Positions 1 to 10,556 of a stretch of DNA of 64,000 nt are shown here, one piece after another. Positions within the stretch are counted from its first letter, which is position 1. Every line of letters starts with the position of its first letter. Below the pieces are notes generated by a model. That model was not told the DNA's origin and searched no databases. It was given only the letters and a program-made list of their open reading frames with translations. The position numbers and the translations under genes are program-made. The DNA is from Candidatus Cloacimonadales bacterium (GTDB lineage Bacteria; Cloacimonadota; Cloacimonadia; Cloacimonadales; JAFGVF01): assembly GCA_963677495.2 (NCBI GenBank), contig CAXXOU010000004.1, forward strand, positions 1,216,001 through 1,280,000, read 5' to 3'.

Positions 1-1346
1 AAGTTTGCAACTACAAATATTTGTGGTTTATCCATCTTGCCTTCACGCAATCCTTGTGTAACCATAGGATTCATCCAAGCACCGGAACGCTTAGTAGTTC
101 TTGGGTGGAGATCCATGTAGAGGATACCTACATAATCACCATTAGCTTCGCTAACTTCGAACACTTTCACATCTTCATGATAAACAGGAATTTCCTGAAG
201 TGCTTTGAATTCTAAACCATATAGTTTATTAGCAACTTTGAACACACCATCAATAACATTTTCAACCTTGAAATAAGGTCTTAACTCTTCAGAGTTAAAA
301 TCAAATTTCTTCTGTTTAAGCTTTTCTGCATAATATGAGAAATCCCATGCCATGAAATCTTCCAGTCCGTCCATCTCTTTAGCAAAAGTAGCAACTTCTT
401 CAACTTCTTTCTGAGCTACAGGATATGCAACATCATAAATCTTGTTTAAGAAATCAAGAACATTATCTTTGTTTTCTGCCATTCTTTCGGCTAAAACATA
501 GTCAGAATGTGTATTGAATCCAAGTATGTTAGCTCTTTTCTGTCTAAGGTTAGCTATCTGAATACAATTTTCTTTATTGTCAAATTCACCTTCATTTGCA
601 ATCTTGCTTACAGCTAGACTGATAGTTTTTCTTAGCTCACGATTATCTGCATAAGTGATAACAGGCATAATACTTGGAGCTTGAAGATTGAACATCCAGC
701 CCTCTTCTTTGCCCTTTTGCTTTGCTAAGTAAGCAGCTGCTTTAAGTGCATTCTCTGGAATACCTTTGAGTTCGTTAATATCAGTAATATGAAGTTCATA
801 AGCATTTGTTGAATTAAGTACATTTTGAGAGTATTTAGGTGTAATCCCTGCCATCTCCATGTCGATAGCAAGAAGTTTCTCTTTTTCCTCTTTCGGGAGC
901 ATTGCACCATTACGTACAAAACCTTTATACTTGAGCTCTACAACTCTTTTCTGTTCATCATTAAGATTAAGGTTATCCATGTTATCATACACTGCTTTTA
1001 CTTTTGAGAAAAGCACTTCATCAGTAGAAAGTTTACTACCGAACTGAGCAAACATTGGTGAAATAACCTGTGCAAGTGCTTTGAACTCATTATCTGAATG
1101 AGTACTGAGCAGGTTAAAGAAAACAGAAGCTACATCGCTCATTAGAGCCCCGGTTTCTTCTAAAGCTAGGATTGTATTATCGAAGTTTGGTTCTTCGGTA
1201 TTATCTTTTATTGCATCAAGTTCTTTCTGAGCCTCTTCAACACTAAGTTTAGCAGCAGGTTCAAAATGCTCAAGTTTATACTCGTTTAATGGATATACGT
1301 TGTAATCTGTGACACGTTTACGTTCAATCAATGGATTAGATTGCAT
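1..1346 (-). CDS. M3 family metallopeptidase (Dcp/oligopeptidase A-like), 3' end runs off the window
   Basis: Not in the ORF track. Manual translation from ATG at 1346 gives MQSNPLIERK...EEPNFDNTILALE...LQAPSIMPVITYADNRELRK...LRPYF...LYMDLHPRTTKRSGAWMN, typical M3A motifs; the HEXXH motif would lie beyond the window edge. Confidence 0.88.
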   Translation of the reverse strand, partial: MQSNPLIERKRVTDYNVYPLNEYKLEHFEPAAKLSVEEAQKELDAIKDNTEEPNFDNTILALEETGALMSDVASVFFNLLSTHSDNEFKALAQVISPMFAQFGSKLSTDEVLFSKVKAVYDNMDNLNLNDEQKRVVELKYKGFVRNGAMLPKEEKEKLLAIDMEMAGITPKYSQNVLNSTNAYELHITDINELKGIPENALKAAAYLAKQKGKEEGWMFNLQAPSIMPVITYADNRELRKTISLAVSKIANEGEFDNKENCIQIANLRQKRANILGFNTHSDYVLAERMAENKDNVLDFLNKIYDVAYPVAQKEVEEVATFAKEMDGLEDFMAWDFSYYAEKLKQKKFDFNSEELRPYFKVENVIDGVFKVANKLYGLEFKALQEIPVYHEDVKVFEVSEANGDYVGILYMDLHPRTTKRSGAWMNPMVTQGLREGKMDKPQIFVVAN

Positions 1347-1348
1347 AT

Positions 1349-4300
1349 TTATCTCCTATTCTTATTATATTTATAATTATTAAAATCAAATCTAAAAGTC
1401 CTTTGCAACATCACCTCATGTGAATACATCTCATCTTTATCAGGTTCTATACCAAAGGAATATGATACTTTAAACTTTTGTGGTAAACTCAATCTGAAAG
1501 TAGCATCATGATTAATCAGGATGTTTGTTTCTGTCTCCAGATCTGTTGTTTCCTGGAACAACGCCGTATAATCAAAGTAGACATTACGGGTTAAGTACTT
1601 ACCAGCGTTTATCTTTAGATTGTCAAGTAGAATTGCAGAGCTAAACTCAACTAACTGGCTTTCTTCTCTTTTTATCTCATTTTCTTCGTTTATAATGTAG
1701 TTAAAATAAACGTTTTGCAAAAATCCAAAGTCGACATATAAAAAATCAAGACGCAAGAATTTGCGAACATAATTCTCAAATGGGTACAATATTGGATCAA
1801 GATAATAGCTGTTTAAGTTACCATCCAATAAATTCAAGGCTTCATCCTGCCAAATAGAGCTTTCCTGTTCGTCAGAAAGATCTGACAACTCACTATCATA
1901 CCTTACTCTTGCTAGCATATTTACTATTGATCTATCATTAGGGTTATCACTTGAAATATTAAACTGCAACCTATTCACAAACTCTTTTGATAAATCATCA
2001 TCAGTATCTATTGTTAGTAGAATTGTAGTTCCATCAGATGTTTTGTGATAGAGTTCTCCAAGTAAATATTCACCCGAGAACTCATTAATTCCAACTTCAA
2101 AATAATCTACTTTAAAGTTAATCCCAAAGAAATCAAAGGTCCCTGTATCTGCAATCAAAAGAATCTTTTTCACAATCCACTCTTCCCTATTGTAGAAAAG
2201 ATGTATGAAACTATTTTCTCTCACAGGGATATTTGCCGGATGAGTAATATACCGACTGTTATCATCAAAGTAAAGAACTGTATCGAGCTGGAAAGGTAAA
2301 AGAGCAACTTCAGATGTTGAATTACGATTCGAACCAATCGGGTTCAATTGTGAAAACAACTTAAGCAAATTATCAACTTTTGGCGGATACAATCCCATAG
2401 CATTTCTAATAATCACATCAGATTCTATATAAAGATCATCGAAAGGACCGGTAATTGTTGCTTCTCTGCCATGTCGACCTTTAATTATTGCATTTGTAAG
2501 TGTGTTTTCTTGAGAGTATTCAGGTACTGTCAGCTTTATTCCTTCATCATCAGTAGTTATGAATAACTTACCAATCTTCATGTTTCCGAGCGTAAGGTCT
2601 TTTTCATCACCAATTACTTCATTTCTAATATAAACAGATCCATCACCGGACTTAACCTTGAAATCATTTATCATCATCTCATTATCATTGATAACAATAT
2701 CAAGTGTAATATCTTCCAACTGTTGGAGCTGAGTTTCTACATTCATCTTACCATTTTTTAAGTGAATTTGCCCACTATGAAAATTTAGTCCATCCTCATC
2801 CATTGATGTAACTAAATTAATACTTGTTTTAGCTTCTCCTTTATCAGCAAGTCTAAATCGTTTTAACACACTTGCTAAATCTGCGTCAATTGAGATATTA
2901 AGGCTATCGGTTCCTGCTATATTAGCATCAGTAAAGATATTATACCCAATTGCACCATTTGCCAATAAGCTTACTGTGTTATCAGATTCTATCATCAATG
3001 AATCAACGACTAACTTCGAATCGAACTGTTTCAAATCAGCATTTAAGCTACTGATATCAAAGCCATAAACCTGTAAGTTTTTTGACGTTGCTTTAACGGA
3101 AAGTGTTGGTATGGTTGATTCTTTTCCGAAATATAGTTTTGCAGAGCCATCTAGGATACCGTTAAGATTTTCATCAAATACTTGAGAAAGAAATAGACCG
3201 TCAACATCCCCATTTATAGTCAAAATTGGCCTATTACTGATATCTATGAAACCATTTATATCAACAGCATTCTTTATCCCTTCATTCTTAAAGCTGTTAC
3301 TTAACTCAATGTGCTTTGAATTTCCATTTAGTTTTAGGGTTGTACCTATGGGCTTAAAAATTCCGTAACTGAAGTTCCTCACATCAATCATTCCTAATGT
3401 CCGGTTATCCCCTTTTGAGTTTAAGTCTAAATCCATATCTACGTATCCATCGAATTGTCTTGCCTGGTAATCATTGGTAAAGTATCTCAGAATATCCCTT
3501 ACGCCAATAGATTTACCAGATACGGTTACTCCATAATCAAGGCTGTCACCCAATGTAACCCAACCATCTCCGTTAATTTGAGAATTAAGATCAAAATGAT
3601 TTACCCATAGTGTATTATCCTGGATAGAGGTATCTATTTTATAGGAAAATTCTCTTTTATTAAGAAGTGAACTACCTGTTTCAGCTTTAAACGAGCCAAG
3701 TTTCTCATCAAGATTATAATTAAATTCAATTATTAGTCTTGAATCAAGAGTTAGAGTTTCACTTTCTTCAACCCTAAAAGATGCATTACAATCGATCAAA
3801 TCTCCATTTAGAGATACTGTAGTCCTGCCAAAAAGCTCCATAGTATCTAGAGGTTTGCCTAGAGCATTTTTTAGTACATCTTCTCCTTTGACCCCATTTA
3901 ACTCTACATCAGCATATCCCTTTTTCTTGCTGATATTATATGAGCATTCTATATCGACATTTGTTCCAATGTTGGATTTTACAGCGAGACTGTCTCCTGT
4001 AAGCAAAATCTCCGCATTTACTTTGTTTAAATCAATTGTATTATTACTAAACCCGGCGTTACTAAGATCAAAACTACCGGTTAGCTGAGGGTCTATTACA
4101 ATGTTGCCTGAAACTGTTCCCTCCAGGGATAAATCGTTGTTGCCTTCTTCAGGAATAGATGTAAGTGTAATATTAAGATCGTTGAAGTGATTAACCTCAA
4201 TTTCACCGGTAACTATATTGTCCTTAATATTCGATTCTTCGATAATCAAACCAAGCTTGTTCTCAACATAATCAAGTTTAAGAAGGCCATCTGTAAGTTT

Positions 4301-5395
4301 ATAATCTTCCCATTTTAAACTATCAACCTCAACAACCCCATATACTTCAGGAGATGTAACTTTTCCACTTAATATAAAATGTCCATCAACAGCTCCACCA
4401 AGTTCATCTAATAGAACAACAGGATTAAAAGTATCAACATTAACTGTTCCTGAAAGTCCTGGATCACCGTTAAATGGCTCTTGAATTGTGAAAGTAGCCC
4501 GTCCGGTCATCTCATCTAAATTGACCAAATCTGTTCTTACGTATAGATTATCTCCCGTCAACGAAGCAATTAAATCCGGTGCATATAGCTTGTTCTCATG
4601 ATATTTAATAAACAGATCTTCGAATCTAGCTTCAATATTTACATCTGTACTATCCTGTTCGTTTATATAGTTAACCACGATGTCGGCTTCGAAATCAAGC
4701 TCTTCAAAATACTTTGTTGACACTTCTGCAGGTATTAAGTCTGATATAGTTGCATTCAATTTTGTTAATTTTAGATCCTGCACTTTTAGGAAAGAGCTTA
4801 ATGAGCTACCTTTCTTACTATTTGCATTTAAAATCATCTCAAAATCATTATTCCATGCTGTGACACTTGCATCAATGTGGTTTATCGTATCATTCAAATA
4901 TAACTCATGAGATCCCTCAGCGGGACTTATCACTGTGTATTTAACACTTCCATCGATGATTGTTAGCTGACTAAAGAACTTACCTAAATTAGGAATTTCA
5001 AATTGAGTCTGACTACTGGAAGATGAATCCGGTAATGTATATGTTATTATAAGTTCAGGATTTACAATAGTAATTTCATTAAACGGTCTATAATTTTTAT
5101 TTATTCCCGGCAAAAAACCAAGCAATTTATAGTCAACTATAAGCTGTTCCAAATTAAAGATATAATCATCAGCTTTGTTAACAATATTAACATCATTTAT
5201 TATTACCTGCTTATCACTAAGTGTAAGATCTCCAATCTGCAAATCTGCATTCATTTGCTTCTTTAAGTAAGAAACAGCATATTTGTTAATATATGAGTTC
5301 AAGACCTTTGTTCTTGTAACTAATAATACTGCACCATTATATATTAGTATCAGTATTAAAAGCCAAAATAAGAATATAGGTCTTTTACGCATCAT
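1349..5395 (-). CDS. Large AsmA/TamB-like envelope protein
   Basis: 1348 aa, single N-terminal TM anchor, beta-rich repeats, TamB-like C-terminus (INAGKYLTRNVY). Confidence 0.6.
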   Translation of the reverse strand: MMRKRPIFLFWLLILILIYNGAVLLVTRTKVLNSYINKYAVSYLKKQMNADLQIGDLTLSDKQVIINDVNIVNKADDYIFNLEQLIVDYKLLGFLPGINKNYRPFNEITIVNPELIITYTLPDSSSSSQTQFEIPNLGKFFSQLTIIDGSVKYTVISPAEGSHELYLNDTINHIDASVTAWNNDFEMILNANSKKGSSLSSFLKVQDLKLTKLNATISDLIPAEVSTKYFEELDFEADIVVNYINEQDSTDVNIEARFEDLFIKYHENKLYAPDLIASLTGDNLYVRTDLVNLDEMTGRATFTIQEPFNGDPGLSGTVNVDTFNPVVLLDELGGAVDGHFILSGKVTSPEVYGVVEVDSLKWEDYKLTDGLLKLDYVENKLGLIIEESNIKDNIVTGEIEVNHFNDLNITLTSIPEEGNNDLSLEGTVSGNIVIDPQLTGSFDLSNAGFSNNTIDLNKVNAEILLTGDSLAVKSNIGTNVDIECSYNISKKKGYADVELNGVKGEDVLKNALGKPLDTMELFGRTTVSLNGDLIDCNASFRVEESETLTLDSRLIIEFNYNLDEKLGSFKAETGSSLLNKREFSYKIDTSIQDNTLWVNHFDLNSQINGDGWVTLGDSLDYGVTVSGKSIGVRDILRYFTNDYQARQFDGYVDMDLDLNSKGDNRTLGMIDVRNFSYGIFKPIGTTLKLNGNSKHIELSNSFKNEGIKNAVDINGFIDISNRPILTINGDVDGLFLSQVFDENLNGILDGSAKLYFGKESTIPTLSVKATSKNLQVYGFDISSLNADLKQFDSKLVVDSLMIESDNTVSLLANGAIGYNIFTDANIAGTDSLNISIDADLASVLKRFRLADKGEAKTSINLVTSMDEDGLNFHSGQIHLKNGKMNVETQLQQLEDITLDIVINDNEMMINDFKVKSGDGSVYIRNEVIGDEKDLTLGNMKIGKLFITTDDEGIKLTVPEYSQENTLTNAIIKGRHGREATITGPFDDLYIESDVIIRNAMGLYPPKVDNLLKLFSQLNPIGSNRNSTSEVALLPFQLDTVLYFDDNSRYITHPANIPVRENSFIHLFYNREEWIVKKILLIADTGTFDFFGINFKVDYFEVGINEFSGEYLLGELYHKTSDGTTILLTIDTDDDLSKEFVNRLQFNISSDNPNDRSIVNMLARVRYDSELSDLSDEQESSIWQDEALNLLDGNLNSYYLDPILYPFENYVRKFLRLDFLYVDFGFLQNVYFNYIINEENEIKREESQLVEFSSAILLDNLKINAGKYLTRNVYFDYTALFQETTDLETETNILINHDATFRLSLPQKFKVSYSFGIEPDKDEMYSHEVMLQRTFRFDFNNYKYNKNRR

Positions 5396-5399
5396 AACT

Positions 5400-6077
5400 T
5401 TATTTCTCTATGAGTATTCCTTCAACCAACTCAAGCTTACGCTCAGTTTGATCAGCTATAATTGGATTATGAGTAACTAATAGAACTGTCTGATCTATCT
5501 CTTTATTCAGTTTTAAAAGTAAATCGATGACTTCTGTACTATGGGTAGGGTCAAGATTACCGGTAGGTTCATCAGCTAGTAGCAAATCCGGTCTGTTTAT
5601 TAATGCCCTTGCAATTGCTATTCTCTGCTGTTCTCCACCACTTAATTGATTTGGATAGTGATCCTTTCTATCTTTCATATCCAGCAGTTTCAACAACTCT
5701 TCAGCCTGCTTTAGCGATACTTTGTGACTCTTACCGGATACAAGCATCGGCATTGCAACATTCTCGATTGCTGTGAAATCTTCCAATAGGTAATGAAACT
5801 GGAAAACGAACCCAAGATTATTGTTTCTAAACTTATGAAGTTTCTTATCATCAGTGGATATTTCCTTACCATTAAACACTATTCTACCCTGGTCAGGCTT
5901 ATCAAGCATGCCAAGTATATGCAACAATGTACTTTTACCACAACCTGATTGACCTGTAATACTAACTGTTTGCCCTCTTGATATCTCAAGACTAGCACCC
6001 TTCAATATCTCAAGCTTTCCATCATTTTCTATATAGCTTTTATAAATTCCTTCTGCTTTAATTAAAATATCTTTCAT
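5400..6077 (-). CDS. lolD: LolD-like ABC transporter ATP-binding protein
   Basis: Walker A GQSGCGKST, LSGGEQQR signature, LLADEPTGNLD; adjacent to LolC/E-like permease. Confidence 0.85.
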   Translation of the reverse strand: MKDILIKAEGIYKSYIENDGKLEILKGASLEISRGQTVSITGQSGCGKSTLLHILGMLDKPDQGRIVFNGKEISTDDKKLHKFRNNNLGFVFQFHYLLEDFTAIENVAMPMLVSGKSHKVSLKQAEELLKLLDMKDRKDHYPNQLSGGEQQRIAIARALINRPDLLLADEPTGNLDPTHSTEVIDLLLKLNKEIDQTVLLVTHNPIIADQTERKLELVEGILIEK

Positions 6078-7303
6078 TAGTTTCGTTCTCTCAATATTTC
6101 GTTGATAACCATTTTATTTATCTGTCTCAATGGGATTGAAGTAGATGCGAGAATAATTAGTAAAGAGATAATAAAGATTGCACTTAATGCTCCCGGATTG
6201 AGCTTCATAGTAAGCTCATCAATGAAATATACATCTCCATTTATTCCCAGAAGTGTTTGTTTCGTAATCACCCAAGCTAAGAATACACCAGCTACAGTGC
6301 CTGTGAATACAGCAACAACCGAGATTCCTACAAAGCTACTCAAATATAGTTTCTTTAATGTATTGCTACCGGCGCCTATAGCTTTCAAAATACCTATCTC
6401 TGCCTTCTTATCTAAAATACTTGTTGAGACTGAGCCAATCATATTGAAGGAAGCGATTAATACTAAGAACAGCAATATCACAAACAACAATCCACGCTGC
6501 CATTCTAACAATGAGAAAAGAGATTGATTAAAATAGGACCAAGGCAATATCTGATAATCTCTAAATACTTCTCTGCTCCACCTTCTTGCAATCTCATCAA
6601 TATCCTCTGAATCATCAAATAGAAGTACTTCAACCCAATCTGCTACTCCCTCACCTTTAAAAATCTCTCTAAATGCATCATCTGATATTATTCCAAGTGT
6701 ATTATCTTGTTCATACATGCCGGACTCATAGAAATCAGTAACAATAAATTGAACTCTTTTATTTATTAACCCTATGCTACCGGCACCTCCCATTCTAGGA
6801 TTAATAATTGAAATAGTATCTCCAACAGAGATATTCATCTCTCCGGCCAGTACTTTACCTAGAATAATCTCCTTACCATTAATTTCAAAAGCATTGTTAA
6901 CTACTGATCTACTTAAATGTGATTTATAACTTTCTGTGAGCAAATCTATTCCTTTTAGATTAACTCCTCTGACAGTTCCATTATCACTTGTTAACATTGC
7001 TTGTTTGGCTGAAACTCTGGCAAATCCTTTCACTATATCTTTAGATGCAAGAAACTCTGAGAGTGCTGTGACTTCACCTTTATCAAATGAATCTGAGATA
7101 TTTGGATGAATCAGTAAATGAGCGTATGTCTTAAAGATAGACTGCTTTAATGTAGATGTGTAACCATCAAACAAGGATATTGCAGCTGTAAGCGTCATTA
7201 CTGCTATTACAATTCCTATCATAGAAAACCAAAGATCAAATCTCATCTTTCGTTTTCTACCAATTCTCAAAGTTTTTGCCATGTAAAAAGTATATAATTT
7301 CAT
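6077..7303 (-). CDS. LolC/E (MacB/FtsX) family ABC permease
   Basis: TM + periplasmic domain + three C-terminal TMs; EIGILKAIGA motif. Confidence 0.85.
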   Translation of the reverse strand: MKLYTFYMAKTLRIGRKRKMRFDLWFSMIGIVIAVMTLTAAISLFDGYTSTLKQSIFKTYAHLLIHPNISDSFDKGEVTALSEFLASKDIVKGFARVSAKQAMLTSDNGTVRGVNLKGIDLLTESYKSHLSRSVVNNAFEINGKEIILGKVLAGEMNISVGDTISIINPRMGGAGSIGLINKRVQFIVTDFYESGMYEQDNTLGIISDDAFREIFKGEGVADWVEVLLFDDSEDIDEIARRWSREVFRDYQILPWSYFNQSLFSLLEWQRGLLFVILLFLVLIASFNMIGSVSTSILDKKAEIGILKAIGAGSNTLKKLYLSSFVGISVVAVFTGTVAGVFLAWVITKQTLLGINGDVYFIDELTMKLNPGALSAIFIISLLIILASTSIPLRQINKMVINEILRERN

Positions 7304-7480
7304 AAACTATTATAAATATTTCACTGAAACAACTTTGTCAAGCTCTGTTATAAAGCTAGCTCTATGGCTCAAAATCTGTAACTTATCAGACACTAATTGG
7401 AGGAGATTAACATTGTGAACTCACACATCATATAGATCTGTTTTCAATTTCTTTCATTTCATCCCTATTTCCACTTCTAC

Positions 7481-7636
7481 TCCCACTCTTATCTCTGCAT
7501 TAATTCGTGAAATTAGATTGGTCTTGTCCTGACATACACTTGTTAATTACTTGGTAAATAGGCCAAGGGTTTGCCAAGTGTTTGCCAAGGATTGCCCAAG
7601 TGTCTACCATGAATTAATGCAGAGATAAGAGTGGGA
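7481..7636. repeat. Intergenic element: 29-bp inverted arms enclosing an 11-bp-phased CCAAG array
   Basis: Arms 7481-7509 and 7608-7636 match 28/29; CCAAG/CCATG at 7563, 7574, 7585, 7596, 7607. Confidence 0.85.
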
Positions 7637-7771
7637 AGTAAGGGGGCAATCAAAATATCTTACTAGAAATGATAGATTGAGTAAAGCACAGTATTAGGAT
7701 ATAGAGATTGATTTTGAGGGTAGTTTACAGGTAAATCTGCACTATGAAAGGTTAGTTTATACACTTCCCCC

Positions 7772-7987
7772 CTACTTTTTTTTCAATAGTTGTTTCCAAT
7801 GGAACTTATAAACTCTAAAATTCATGATAACATGTATTACTGCTGCACCTAACATAACCCAGCCTGCTATAACATGCCATTCCATTAGTGAATAAAGGTC
7901 GAACAACGTCGCAAGTAGCATAGAAACCGCATTAATAATAAATGAGAGCAAGAGTACAGTATTAACAATAACTTTGAATAGTTTCAT
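7772..7987 (-). CDS. Small membrane protein (DUF4405-like)
   Basis: Two hydrophobic segments with WH...IH..N pattern; AGGAGG RBS upstream. Confidence 0.6.
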   Translation of the reverse strand: MKLFKVIVNTVLLLSFIINAVSMLLATLFDLYSLMEWHVIAGWVMLGAAVIHVIMNFRVYKFHWKQLLKKK

Positions 7988-8104
7988 TTTTCCTCCTGAT
8001 ATATTGATAAACTGCTTATGCTAATTGTCAATATTATTTCTTCCCAAAAATGAGATTAACAAGAAAAAGCTTGTCATTATTTATATTTATGTAGATATAG
8101 AAAA

Positions 8105-9457
8105 ATGGAAAAAAAGAAGAGTATATTTTGCTGTAAGCAGTGCGGGTATGAGTCGGCAACATGGTTAGGAAAGTGTCCATCATGTGGAGAATGGAATAGT
8201 TTTACAACTGTAGACAGGATAGTTGGTAAGGGTGGTAAAACTAAACCTATAGTACAGACTACACAGAACCCACCAACCCGGTTGAAAAAAGTTTCAACTA
8301 CCAAAGGGAAACGCATTCGTTCTGGGAACAGTGAATTTGATGGTGTGCTAGGCGGTGGAATCGTTCCCGGAATGGTAACACTCCTAGGCGGAGAACCTGG
8401 AGTTGGTAAATCTACACTAATGATTCAGCTGGCAGAATGGATGTCACAACAGCAATTAAAGACTCTTTATATTTCAGGAGAAGAAAGTCCTTCACAGATA
8501 AAAGTAAGAACAGATAGATTGGAGCTTTCCGGTGAGAATATCACGCTATATTGTACTAATAATACTGAATCCATTATCGAAGAGATAAGCAATAATAAAC
8601 CGGACTTAGTTGTAATAGATTCGATTCAGTCAACCTATTCAGATAGAGTTGACAGCTTAGCAGGAAGTGTTTCTCAGTTACGTGAAAATGCTGCACGTTT
8701 TACAAGAGTAGCAAAAGAGCTTGATGTACCAATATTCATAATTGGGCATATAACAAAAGATGGAGCGGTTGCAGGTCCTAAGCTTATAGAACATGCAGTT
8801 GATACTGTTTTATACTTTGAAACTGACCCTCGTAACTTTTACAAAATACTTAGAACTACTAAGAACAGATTCGGTTCTACAAATGAGATCGGTATCTTCA
8901 AAATGGTCAACAAAGGTCTTGAATCTGTTGATAATCCTAACTTCGTATTCTTGAATGAAGATGAAAGGTCAGTTGGCACTTCAATCGGATGCATATTAGA
9001 AGGTAGTAGAGTATTTCTGGCTGAAGTGCAATCATTGATCAACAATTCCAGTTATGGTAATCCACAGCGTGTTGCCAATGGTTTTGATCATAAGAAACTT
9101 GCGCTTTATCTTGCTATTATTGAAAGGAACATGGGCATCTCTCTCAGGATGTCTGATGTGTTCATTAGCTTAATGGGTGGAATAAAAGTATCTGAACCGG
9201 GACTTGACCTTGCGATAATCGCATCTCTCCTATCAAGTTTTAAAGATGAACCAATACCGGGTAAGACAGTCTTTATCGGTGAGGTTAGTTTGGGTGGTTT
9301 AGTCCGCCCGGTTGGAATGATAGAGAAAAAGATAACTGAAGCTCAGAAGTTGGGCTTTGATAAGATATTTGTATCAAGTCGGTCAAAACTTTCTAAGAAG
9401 TATGACCAGGTAGTTAAAATAGAACATATAAATGGGATAATGAGAAACCTTTACTAA
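8105..9457 (+). CDS. radA: DNA repair protein RadA/Sms
   Basis: C4 zinc finger, GGEPGVGKST, KNRFG motif, Lon-like C-terminal domain. Confidence 0.97.
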   Translation: MEKKKSIFCCKQCGYESATWLGKCPSCGEWNSFTTVDRIVGKGGKTKPIVQTTQNPPTRLKKVSTTKGKRIRSGNSEFDGVLGGGIVPGMVTLLGGEPGVGKSTLMIQLAEWMSQQQLKTLYISGEESPSQIKVRTDRLELSGENITLYCTNNTESIIEEISNNKPDLVVIDSIQSTYSDRVDSLAGSVSQLRENAARFTRVAKELDVPIFIIGHITKDGAVAGPKLIEHAVDTVLYFETDPRNFYKILRTTKNRFGSTNEIGIFKMVNKGLESVDNPNFVFLNEDERSVGTSIGCILEGSRVFLAEVQSLINNSSYGNPQRVANGFDHKKLALYLAIIERNMGISLRMSDVFISLMGGIKVSEPGLDLAIIASLLSSFKDEPIPGKTVFIGEVSLGGLVRPVGMIEKKITEAQKLGFDKIFVSSRSKLSKKYDQVVKIEHINGIMRNLY

Positions 9458-10554
9458 TGAGAGAACAAGATTTAAAAACAGCTTTTAAAGAACTTAATGA
9501 GAAGTTCGTTCCAAAAACAATTGTAGCGGGATTTGACGGATTTATCGATGAGATTATCCATATTGTCGATACTTACACCGGAAAAGATACTTATAACAGA
9601 ATTGAGACAATTGCAGACTTTGCAGTAAAAGTAAGCCAAGCAGCCGGTTTAAGTGCTAACTTTGAATATAAAACAATCCAAAAGAAGCTTGGTGGTAATG
9701 GCCCAATCATAGCAAATGCTTTACTGTCACAAGGAAACAAGATTCACTATTATGGTGCATTAGGTCTAAAATCAATTGATCCAGTTTTCCAAAAGTTTGC
9801 TGATCATTGTGAGAGTGTTTCATCAATTGCTGACCCAGGATATACTGAAGCTCTAGAGTTTGCTGACGGAAAGCTCATGATGGGCAAAGTTGATTGTTTA
9901 AACCTTGTAAACTGGGATAATCTAGTTGAAGATATTACTTTAAATAGGATAACTGAAGTAATTAATAATTCAGAACTTATATGTTGCACTAATTGGACTA
10001 ATCTCTATAAAATGAATTCAATATTAGAGGGATTAGGAAACCTAGAATTAACTAAAAGAATCCCTTTATTTATTGATCTAGCAGACCCAAGAAAACGTTC
10101 AGTTGATGATATTAAAGGTGTTCTTAAGCTTATAAGTGAATTAGAATCTAAATATGAAGTAATCCTTGGTTTAAATGAGAAAGAATCAATCCTGATTTCA
10201 GAAGTATTGAGTGTTGAAACTGAAAACACTTTGAAAAGAAGTAAGAGAATTAGAGATGATCTGGAAATCACATGTTGCGTTATACATCCTGTAAAGTATG
10301 CAGTTGCATCAACAAAGCATGAATCGATACAAGTTGAGGGCCCATATTGTGCAAAGCCAAAGCTTTCAACCGGTGCCGGAGATAATTTCAATGCAGGTTT
10401 CAGTTGTGGGTTTATAAATGGACTTAGTCTCAAGTCATCACTTTACTTAGGCACGTGTACCTCAGGTTTTTACGTTAGAAATATGCATTCACCAAATATA
10501 GATGAATTAAGGAACTTTATAGAGCAATGGGCAAACAATAATGTAAGGGAGTAG
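9457..10554 (+). CDS. PfkB family carbohydrate kinase
   Basis: GGNG near the N-terminus and TGAGDNFNAG anion-hole motif. Confidence 0.8.
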   Translation: MREQDLKTAFKELNEKFVPKTIVAGFDGFIDEIIHIVDTYTGKDTYNRIETIADFAVKVSQAAGLSANFEYKTIQKKLGGNGPIIANALLSQGNKIHYYGALGLKSIDPVFQKFADHCESVSSIADPGYTEALEFADGKLMMGKVDCLNLVNWDNLVEDITLNRITEVINNSELICCTNWTNLYKMNSILEGLGNLELTKRIPLFIDLADPRKRSVDDIKGVLKLISELESKYEVILGLNEKESILISEVLSVETENTLKRSKRIRDDLEITCCVIHPVKYAVASTKHESIQVEGPYCAKPKLSTGAGDNFNAGFSCGFINGLSLKSSLYLGTCTSGFYVRNMHSPNIDELRNFIEQWANNNVRE

Positions 10555-10556
10555 AG

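Noticed and set aside
21..1047. Short ORFs in the track (21-215, 725-919, 825-1007, 859-1047) and the other short antisense ORFs across the window
   Set aside because: They are shadow frames of well-supported genes, here the M3 peptidase
7481..7636. CRISPR array interpretation of the phased repeats
   Set aside because: Units are 11 bp with 5-bp conserved cores; there are no 23-47 bp repeats with unique spacers and no cas genes in the window
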